64,000 nucleotides of DNA from Acidobacteriota bacterium (GTDB lineage Bacteria; Acidobacteriota; UBA6911): positions 3,008,001 to 3,072,000 of the forward strand of contig OY761556.1 of assembly GCA_963664705.1 (NCBI GenBank), read 5' to 3'. Below, piece by piece: positions 56,897-64,000 of the stretch. The notes beneath the pieces are model-generated. The model did no database searches, was not told where the DNA came from, and was given only the letters and a program-made list of their open reading frames with translations. The position numbers and the translations under genes are program-made. How positions within the stretch are numbered: the first letter of the stretch is position 1; each line of letters begins with the position of its first letter.

Positions 56897-58849
56897 CTAG
56901 ACACGGGGCTGACCAATTGCGAGGGCAACGACTTTTATTTCCATTAATACCGCTTTCCCCCATCCTCCACTGAGCGGTGCCGTCACCTCTTCCATTGTAA
57001 CCGTCAGATGAATGTCTCCTGCTCCAAGCTCCGCAGCCTGCGACTGCGCCATGGTTTGTGCCTTCGCCTTTGCAAAATCCGTAGCTTCCTTAACACTCTG
57101 GAATATTTTCTCCTCTTCGCACGGAACCACGGAATAACCAGATGGCCTGACAGGACGAACCAGGATCAGCGCAGAAGCCACAACTCTGCCGGTAACGGCC
57201 CCGATCGCATTGGCGACATCGGCATTTTCAGGAATTATCAGTTCTGCACCCAGGTGCTCGGCTACATGTGGGAAATAGGCCCTCACCGGTGCACCCACCG
57301 CGATAAGAGGCTTCTTCAACATAAAACGTGCTGATATTCGAGCCTGCGCATCAAGGCGCAGAATGCGTGCAAGCAATTCCTCGGCTTCCGGCGCATGCGC
57401 AGGAATTCCCTCATGGACCAAACAGGTGGAGGTAATCGTCAGCTCCAGCTTCTGCAAAATCTCTTCAAAGACGCGTTGCAGCAGCGCGGATCGATCCAGA
57501 CCTGTCTTCCTTTGGTAATAATTCGCGGCCATGCCGGCCGCATCCTTATCCCACAGGGCCAACGATCCCATGCAATGCAGCAGATCGGATGGCGTGAAAC
57601 ATATTTCTCCCACATACCCCAGATTAGACAAACGATCCAGATCCACCCATGGGCCTGCAATCTGGTCTATCTCATTGCGGTGCAGGACCGTCCCGCGGAG
57701 CGCGCCAAGGACTTGCCTCTCCTGCTTTTCCAGCCAGGGTGGAGGCTCCTTTGTCAGCGTGAAAAAACTCAAATCAAAATCAGTATGCCGAACCCCTTCG
57801 GTCTCGGTCAGCTTTCCGATCTTTTCCTCAAGACTTGAAAATAAGGTCGCTGCATGCGAAATCGGTTCTACCCGACGGGGCCCGATCTGAACGGATCCCT
57901 GAGAGTCGATCGAAATTTTGCTGTCGCCGCCGAGCCCGATTGTCCACATTTTTATGGATCGGATTCGCGTCTGCCAGCCTCCGACAATGGCTCCATCTTC
58001 AACAACGCTTGGCATAGATCCGGCGAGGACGCCAATGTCCGTGGTAGTGCCGCCCATATCGACAACCAGTGCATCATTCAATCCGGTCAGCCAACCTGCC
58101 CCGATCATACTCGCGGCAGGCCCGGACAAAATGGTTTCGACGGGCCTGCTTCTTGCAGCCTTTTCACTGATGAGCGATCCATCTCCCCGCACTACCATGA
58201 TTGGAGCACGAATGCCCTTTTCGACCAGTGATTGCGTCAGCGAATGAAGCAGGTCTCCGATAACAGGAAGAAGCCGCGCATTGAATGCCGCGGTAACGGC
58301 ACGTTCCAGCATTCCTACCGCGCCCGTAAGTTCATGCCCGCAGACGACCGGATGCCTGCAAATATGTTCAATACTCTCTTTGAGCACCAGTTCATGCTGA
58401 GGATTGTAGATGCTGAAATAGCCCGACAAGGCGAATGCATCTACCCGATCCTTCATTTCGAGGATGGTTTTCGTTCCCTCCCCGATATCGAGAGGTATGG
58501 TCTCATTGCCCGATCTGGCATGTGCCCCGCGAATCACTGCGATTTCATCCGCCGGGATACGATCTGGAATCCGGAATGTTGCCGGGTCAGGCACCGCCAT
58601 GATCAAACCAACGCGCTGTCCCTTTCCTTCTACAATGCTGTTGGTAGCCAACGTGGTCGAGAGAGCAACCAGCTGTATCTCGGGAAATAATCGCGCATCC
58701 AGTCCCGCCAAAGACTTCAGAATCCCTATCTTCAAGTCTTGCCTAGTTGTCAGGGCTTTGGATTTAGAAATGACCTGGTGCGCGTTAAAATCGACAATAA
58801 CGCTGTCGGTGAACGTTCCTCCAGTGTCGATGCCTATCCCGTATCTCAT
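56897..58849 (-). CDS. Hydantoinase A/oxoprolinase family ATPase
   Basis: GIDTGGTFTD, STTLATN, ETILSGPAAS, DMGGTTTD, GLGGDS, VANAIGA. Confidence 0.9.
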   Translation of the reverse strand: MRYGIGIDTGGTFTDSVIVDFNAHQVISKSKALTTRQDLKIGILKSLAGLDARLFPEIQLVALSTTLATNSIVEGKGQRVGLIMAVPDPATFRIPDRIPADEIAVIRGAHARSGNETIPLDIGEGTKTILEMKDRVDAFALSGYFSIYNPQHELVLKESIEHICRHPVVCGHELTGAVGMLERAVTAAFNARLLPVIGDLLHSLTQSLVEKGIRAPIMVVRGDGSLISEKAARSRPVETILSGPAASMIGAGWLTGLNDALVVDMGGTTTDIGVLAGSMPSVVEDGAIVGGWQTRIRSIKMWTIGLGGDSKISIDSQGSVQIGPRRVEPISHAATLFSSLEEKIGKLTETEGVRHTDFDLSFFTLTKEPPPWLEKQERQVLGALRGTVLHRNEIDQIAGPWVDLDRLSNLGYVGEICFTPSDLLHCMGSLALWDKDAAGMAANYYQRKTGLDRSALLQRVFEEILQKLELTITSTCLVHEGIPAHAPEAEELLARILRLDAQARISARFMLKKPLIAVGAPVRAYFPHVAEHLGAELIIPENADVANAIGAVTGRVVASALILVRPVRPSGYSVVPCEEEKIFQSVKEATDFAKAKAQTMAQSQAAELGAGDIHLTVTMEEVTAPLSGGWGKAVLMEIKVVALAIGQPRV

Positions 58850-60672
58850 TGTGTCGTACCTGGAAAAGAAAGCGATTGAGCAAAAAGTCGGTCAAAGCCC
58901 GGATAGCAAGAGAGCTCGATGTAGCGAACCCGGCGTGCTATCGCTTCCGCCTCCACGCGCTCCTCCTGAGACAGAAGACACAATGCAGCTCCTGATTTTG
59001 ATGTATTGCCGACAAACGCTAATCGATCGGTTAATGCGTGCGGCAGAATACCAATGCGGACAAAGTTGTCGGCCCGGATATGACACCCAAAAGCGCCCGC
59101 GATATATACGCGATCCACTTCGGAGAGATCGAGATTCAGGTATTTGATTAACGCCACAATTCCGGAAAGAACAGCCCCTTTGGCCAATTGTACCTGACGA
59201 ATATCTTTTTGTGTCAACCTAACGGTATCCATCCCATTGCGGCCAAAGCTCAAAACAAAACTGACCCGTCCATCATTCTCTTGGAACCGTTCCGCCAGGC
59301 CTTCGCCACCTATTTTCTCAAATCTACCTGATTGGTTGAGAATGCCGGCATTGAGCATCTCTGCAATCGCATCGATAATGCCGCTCCCGCAGATTCCACT
59401 CGCAGGCTTTGCGCCGATTGTCCTGATGCCTACATCGTCTGCAATCGAAACCTGGTCAATGGCTCCTTCCGCAGCTCTCATCCCGCAACTGATATTCATT
59501 CCTTCGAGTGCGGGACCGGCAGCGCAGGAGCACGCGACGAATTCGCGGCCCGAACAGAATACAATTTCACCATTCGTCCCGATATCGATCAGGAGCGCAC
59601 GCTCATTTTTTTTGGCCAGTTCCGTGGTAAGAATACCGGCCACAATGTCGGCACCGACATAAGCCGAAACAGAAGGCAAACAATACACCTCGCCGAGTGG
59701 AGAAATTTCCAGCCCCACATCGCAGGCACGGAGACTCTGCCCGCCAGTGAAAACCGGAACATAGGGCGAACAGCCAATTCCTGCGGGATCAATCCCGAGC
59801 AGAAGATGCATCATTGTTGAGTTTGCAGCGACGACTACTTCGTAGATGCTCTCCCGGCCGATGCCTGCTTCATCGCATCCTTCGGCAATCAATCCATTAA
59901 TTCCCTGAACGATTGCATGCTGAAGATCCTGAAGCCCTTGATCCGCGTTGCGCGCGTGCTGAATCCGGCTGAGAACGTCCAGCCCGAAAGACTTTTGCGG
60001 ATTGAGGCAAGATCGGATAGCCATTTCCCGGCCGGTGGAAAGATTAAAGAGAGATGCCACAACCGTTGTTGTCCCAATATCCACCGCAACCCCAAAGTTG
60101 GAATCAACTGTATTGCCCGGCTCAATGTCTAACAGAACTCCGTTCGACACTGCGAGGGTAATCTTGTATTCCGAATCACGCAAAATCGATGGCAGCTTAC
60201 GCATTAGCGAAAGCGCAATACGCTGAAGTTTTAACCCCGATGCCTGCTCGATTCGGAAGAGGTCATCTGACGCTTCTTCCAGAGAAGGCGGTGCCATCTC
60301 GACATATAATTTTTGAAGAGAAGGATTCAACATAAACTGCGGCATCAGGCCATCGGAAAGAATCCTGTTCTCCAGTTCCCCCTTTTTGACTATTTCGAAT
60401 GCCGAGTTTCCATGAGCGCTCACCCGGCAAGCAAGACGAATGCCTTGAGCAAGACTCTCTTGATTCAGCAAGCGTGCTTCATCGGGGTGCGGTTCCTCGA
60501 CAATGCCCTCCAGGTGGCGCACAAGGCACTTGCCACAGGTCCCCAAGCCATTGCAGTTTGAATCCATTTCGACAGCAGCTTCCCGTGCCACATCGAGAAT
60601 GCTAGCGCCTTTGGCGGCGCGTACAGTTATGTTATGCGGCAATAAACGCACTTCGATTTCATCTATATGCAT
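58846..60672 (-). CDS. ASKHA-domain ATP-dependent corrinoid reductive activator (RACE/RACo type) with N-terminal 2Fe-2S
   Basis: CNGLGTCGKC...RLAC, DIGTTT, DIGTNGE, AGPALEG, GICGSG, DIRQVQLAKGA, AGAFG. Confidence 0.92.
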   Translation of the reverse strand: MHIDEIEVRLLPHNITVRAAKGASILDVAREAAVEMDSNCNGLGTCGKCLVRHLEGIVEEPHPDEARLLNQESLAQGIRLACRVSAHGNSAFEIVKKGELENRILSDGLMPQFMLNPSLQKLYVEMAPPSLEEASDDLFRIEQASGLKLQRIALSLMRKLPSILRDSEYKITLAVSNGVLLDIEPGNTVDSNFGVAVDIGTTTVVASLFNLSTGREMAIRSCLNPQKSFGLDVLSRIQHARNADQGLQDLQHAIVQGINGLIAEGCDEAGIGRESIYEVVVAANSTMMHLLLGIDPAGIGCSPYVPVFTGGQSLRACDVGLEISPLGEVYCLPSVSAYVGADIVAGILTTELAKKNERALLIDIGTNGEIVFCSGREFVACSCAAGPALEGMNISCGMRAAEGAIDQVSIADDVGIRTIGAKPASGICGSGIIDAIAEMLNAGILNQSGRFEKIGGEGLAERFQENDGRVSFVLSFGRNGMDTVRLTQKDIRQVQLAKGAVLSGIVALIKYLNLDLSEVDRVYIAGAFGCHIRADNFVRIGILPHALTDRLAFVGNTSKSGAALCLLSQEERVEAEAIARRVRYIELSCYPGFDRLFAQSLSFPGTTQ

Positions 60673-61682
60673 CAGCCTGTCACTACCTTTGAAAGGCTTT
60701 TAATATTTGCAGCCGGCGTTTTTGTGCTCATGCCACAGGCCGGCGCAAGGATATCCGCACCTGATTTCATGCATCGCCGACCATTAACGTAAACTCGGTC
60801 TGGTTGACCATGGGACAGCAGATAGGTATTTATATTCCCAGTCACGACTTTTGAAGGAGCAAGATCTCGAAGGCGCCTCAGGTTCACGACCGCATCCACA
60901 CTTAAGGATTCCGTATCGATTTCTTCCAGTGCGGTACCCAGGCTATGCACCTTCCCGCAGATATGAACAATGGAGGGAATCCCATACTTTCTGCGAAAAT
61001 GCCCGAGCAGTTGGTTGATATACGGAAGGGCAAACTCCGAAAAGGATTTCTTCCCGATTAGTTCCCCTGAGGCGGAGGGATCGGCAATACATACAAGGTC
61101 CGCTCCGGCCTCTATCAGGGCATCTCCGAATATTTTCAAGTTATCCACGACTATTTTCATCAATGCATGCGCGGCTTCTTTGTTATTAACCAGCGATCTG
61201 TAAAATATAAGAGGCTCGATCAATGACGTTGCCAGGCTGATAGGCCCGGTCAAATTGGCAAACACTGGGAGGCCGGGAGTCTGCGCGTGGAGCAGCCTCA
61301 CCGCCTCAACGCAGACCTTGGCTCGCCCACTTAGCGGATCCAGGTTTTGCAAGCGACCAGTGTCCGCAACACTCTCCATTGGATAGACGGCAACACTTGG
61401 TTCATGCTCCAACGAACCAAGATCTATGCGGGCGCCCATCGCTTCCGCTTCCACGGTCATACAGAATGGCACTCCGACATTTTCAACTCCCGCCCGCCTG
61501 CTCGTCTCAAGTGTCAACAGAGCCATAGCTTGCGGATTAACATGTGCTTCCGGCCATCGACATTGGGAGTCTTCCATTATCTCGGTTACCGCCATGTTCA
61601 TCATGCCGCCAGGGCAAATAAACGGAGGACGATCATATTCCTTTTTTTGCAATACATTCAAAAGTCTGGCTTTGGGATCCAT
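60672..61682 (-). CDS. MtaA/CmuA-like methylcobamide methyltransferase (UROD fold)
   Basis: PFCMTVEAEAMG, GPISLA, IADPSAS, Zn motif HICG, APACG. Confidence 0.88.
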   Translation of the reverse strand: MDPKARLLNVLQKKEYDRPPFICPGGMMNMAVTEIMEDSQCRWPEAHVNPQAMALLTLETSRRAGVENVGVPFCMTVEAEAMGARIDLGSLEHEPSVAVYPMESVADTGRLQNLDPLSGRAKVCVEAVRLLHAQTPGLPVFANLTGPISLATSLIEPLIFYRSLVNNKEAAHALMKIVVDNLKIFGDALIEAGADLVCIADPSASGELIGKKSFSEFALPYINQLLGHFRRKYGIPSIVHICGKVHSLGTALEEIDTESLSVDAVVNLRRLRDLAPSKVVTGNINTYLLSHGQPDRVYVNGRRCMKSGADILAPACGMSTKTPAANIKSLSKVVTG

Positions 61683-61697
61683 GAATATCCTTCAACA

Positions 61698-61724
61698 GAG
61701 GAGCGCAAAAGCTTTGCGCTCCTC
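61698..61724 (-). other. Perfect intra-operon hairpin
   Basis: GAGGAGCGCAAA-AGC-TTTGCGCTCCTC (+ strand) between the outer-membrane gene and the MtaA-like gene. Confidence 0.55.
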
Positions 61725-61734
61725 CTGAAACACC

Positions 61735-62598
61735 TTAGAAGCCGTAGGAAATCTGCAGACCGATCCTGGAACGAGCCTGCAGATCAATTCCGGGTGCTAT
61801 CTTCCCGGCAATTTGCGCTACACCGAAATCGAGATTGAGTTTGGAATCTCCTATAGGGGTCAATCGCATGGCATAGGTGATTGTGGTCGGAATAACGGCA
61901 TTCGGGAGCAGATCCGCGTGCGCCGGTTGCTGAGCCAGTTCCATTCCAAAGATTGCGGATGCACCTTTCGGAAGCTTTACCACAAATCCAGCAGCACCGA
62001 ACGCTCTGGCGGTCCACTCCGAAGCATTCCCTCCCATGCCCCACAATTCGGAATTCGTGCTTCGCACTCCTCCGCTCAAAATAATCGGGATATGGGTTTG
62101 TGTGATGGTTTTACTGGCGACAAAGTAAATGTCGCCGTTCGTGGTGTCCTTCTTTTGCATTGCGCCACCCACATTTTGAACCTGGCTACGGGCAATGAAG
62201 CCCACGGACATGGCAGGAACCCATTTTGTGTTAACGGCGTTCTCAGAAACCAAATTCAACTTGCCATGCACAATGTTGAATCCATTGTTCCAGAGCGGAC
62301 TGAAGTTGGCATCTCCACCGGCGGTATGAAGTGCACGCGTGTATCCAAATTCTATGCGTGAAAACGCTCCAACTGTTCCTGAAACATTATAGAAGTCGCC
62401 AAGGACACCACCGCCGTTCAGATAGTGGTAGGCAACAAGCGGATGGCCCAGGCCGGTTTTAGGAGATTGGGCCGTATATGCCAGAGGCGTTACAAATATT
62501 CCAGTCTCTCCTTCCCACCCGATGTTCTGAGCCTTCGCACAAAAATTACATAGGAAGCTCATTGTGATGATCAGCAAGACCGGTATTTTTCTATTCAT
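61735..62598 (-). CDS. Probable outer-membrane beta-barrel protein (DUF3034-like)
   Basis: Signal peptide, EG.TG...P.A, alternating amphipathic strands, C-terminal GLQISYGF. Confidence 0.6.
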   Translation of the reverse strand: MNRKIPVLLIITMSFLCNFCAKAQNIGWEGETGIFVTPLAYTAQSPKTGLGHPLVAYHYLNGGGVLGDFYNVSGTVGAFSRIEFGYTRALHTAGGDANFSPLWNNGFNIVHGKLNLVSENAVNTKWVPAMSVGFIARSQVQNVGGAMQKKDTTNGDIYFVASKTITQTHIPIILSGGVRSTNSELWGMGGNASEWTARAFGAAGFVVKLPKGASAIFGMELAQQPAHADLLPNAVIPTTITYAMRLTPIGDSKLNLDFGVAQIAGKIAPGIDLQARSRIGLQISYGF

Positions 62599-62636
62599 AA
62601 GATACTTCTCCACATGAATTTAAGAACTCGAACCGT

Positions 62637-63695
62637 CTAGTTGTCGAATCTACCGTACTTGCGCGCCGCATTTACGAGAGCGTCGACGTTTTCGGGAGGT
62701 GTATTGAAAGGGATTTCGCAGCCGGACGCGAGAATAAAGCCGCGGCGATCTCCCATTTTTTCGCAGATGGTCTTTGCTTCGGCATCAATTTCCTCCGGCG
62801 TATTCTTCAACATATTTGCCGGAGTGACATTGCCGACAAGCACTACCCTATGGCCCGCTACCGCTTTTGCCTGTCCGAGATCGACATTATCGAGACTCCA
62901 CATATCAAACTCGGCTTCGAGCATTGCGTTCCAGTTAGCAGTGGTTTTGCCGCAGATGTGGAGGACCGCGGGCAAACCTCCACCGTTTTTATGCACATGA
63001 TCCGTAAGACGCTTGAGATAGGGAGCCACGAACTCCTTGAAGTGCACAGGGCTGATCAGGCTGGCCGAGGCAACCGGCTCGACGATGAGCGGCAGCGCTT
63101 TGCGCGCGAGAATCTCATCAATGAACTTGATGCCTGCCTGCGTGCAGATTTCCATAAGTTCATGAACCCATGCTTTGTTTTTAATCAAAGCCCGCGTAAG
63201 TTGGTCCACCGGATACAAAGCACCAGCGGTGGTCAGCGGGCCTGCGAATACAGTAGAAACGCACACCTCACTGCCAACTTCTTTGACCGCAAGTTCAGTC
63301 GCCTCGAGATACACCGGCAATCGCCCATCTTTATTGAAATCCGGAACCTTGACCCTTTTCAGATCCGATCTTTCTTTGATGAGCGGCTCGGAAATTTGCG
63401 GTGCATCCTCTTCAAAAAACTGCATCTTGGTTCCCATCGCCTCGCCGAGCGTAGAAGTCGTGGAGAAAATCAGGATCGCGTCGTTTCCGTATCGTCGGAA
63501 TGCAGCGACATGAGCCTTGGCCATTGTCTTTGCATCGCGGTTATATTTCCCGATCGGGACGCCCAGCACACGGGCCGCGTGGTTGAGCACCAGCGGAAAG
63601 CATGCAATCCGTTGCGGCTTTTCCCCCTTGAGGTAGCAGATGATTCTTTCCAATGAAGACTGGGTATCAGCCGGAATAGAACTGGTTGTGCTCAT
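62637..63695 (-). CDS. UROD-fold corrinoid methyltransferase (MtaA-like)
   Basis: GEAMG, KDGRLP, GPLTTA, EPVAS, LHICG, GNV.P, FILASGCE.P..TP.EN. Confidence 0.88.
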   Translation of the reverse strand: MSTTSSIPADTQSSLERIICYLKGEKPQRIACFPLVLNHAARVLGVPIGKYNRDAKTMAKAHVAAFRRYGNDAILIFSTTSTLGEAMGTKMQFFEEDAPQISEPLIKERSDLKRVKVPDFNKDGRLPVYLEATELAVKEVGSEVCVSTVFAGPLTTAGALYPVDQLTRALIKNKAWVHELMEICTQAGIKFIDEILARKALPLIVEPVASASLISPVHFKEFVAPYLKRLTDHVHKNGGGLPAVLHICGKTTANWNAMLEAEFDMWSLDNVDLGQAKAVAGHRVVLVGNVTPANMLKNTPEEIDAEAKTICEKMGDRRGFILASGCEIPFNTPPENVDALVNAARKYGRFDN

Positions 63696-64000
63696 TTAGC
63701 CCTCCCCAGGTTTGAACTGTTTTTCGCCACAAGCTTCTTTGCAAGTTCGACCGCATTGGTTGCATTATCCGCATAACCGTCAGCGCCTATCTTTTTTGCA
63801 AAGCCCTGGGAAATTGGTCCTCCGCCTACCATCACCTGAAATGAATTCCGGATCCCTTCTTCCTTGAGCATCTCGATGACGGTTGCCATGCCGTCCATGG
63901 TTGTGGTCATAAGAGTGGACATGCATATCAGTTCTGCGTTGATTTCCTTTGCTTTCTCGACAAAATCGGCCAGTGGGACATTTCTGCCGAGATCATGCAT
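63692..64000 (-). CDS. Corrinoid (B12-binding) methyltransferase protein, 5'-partial
   Basis: HDLGRNVP, MSTLMTTTM, VMVGGGP, IGADGYADNA. Runs off the window edge; ATGA overlap with the next gene. Confidence 0.9.
   Translation of the reverse strand: MHDLGRNVPLADFVEKAKEINAELICMSTLMTTTMDGMATVIEMLKEEGIRNSFQVMVGGGPISQGFAKKIGADGYADNATNAVELAKKLVAKNSSNLGRAK

Noticed and set aside
62598-62639. Pyrrolysine read-through of the methyltransferase TAG stop
   Set aside because: The protein is already full length, and the next gene is in a different frame.
1-64000. CRISPR arrays, tRNA/rRNA genes, transposases, integrases, phage genes
   Set aside because: No regularly spaced repeats, cloverleaf/rRNA signatures or mobile-element motifs were seen by eye; short or degenerate elements could have been missed.

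Overview
A 64 kb accessory and metabolic region from an anaerobic diderm bacterium, probably Acidobacteriota. The taxonomy is an inference from the TonB-receptor architecture, the STAS protein and the ECF/Ser-Thr kinase pair. I saw no rRNA, tRNA, CRISPR array or transposase. Contents in order: (1) a hybrid PAS histidine kinase, with a paralog at 51.6-54.0 kb; (2) a W/Mo/Se redox island with a divergent AOR-family enzyme and two closely related xanthine-dehydrogenase-family Mo subunits whose catalytic Glu position is His, flanking a carboxylesterase and a signal-peptide-bearing UGSC-type selenoprotein that the ORF track splits at an in-frame TGA; (3) an RND pump; (4) a TonB receptor with Tat-exported cupins and a SnoaL protein; (5) assorted oxidoreductases, regulators and transporters; (6) a small SEC-C (Zn-site) gene that is complete only after one to three +1 frameshifts; (7) an MCP gene preceded by a sigma28-like promoter and a four-hairpin terminated RNA; (8) an ECF43-type sigma factor/kinase pair flanked by secreted-protein genes that share a candidate promoter; (9) a corrinoid methyltransferase operon ending in a cysteine desulfurase with a selenocysteine-lyase-like motif. 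The strongest novelty candidates are the frameshifted SEC-C gene (38936-39184), the UGA-recoded selenoprotein (7265-8980) and the candidate sRNA/attenuator (42557-42730). All family calls come from motifs recognised by eye. No database searches or folding programs were run.
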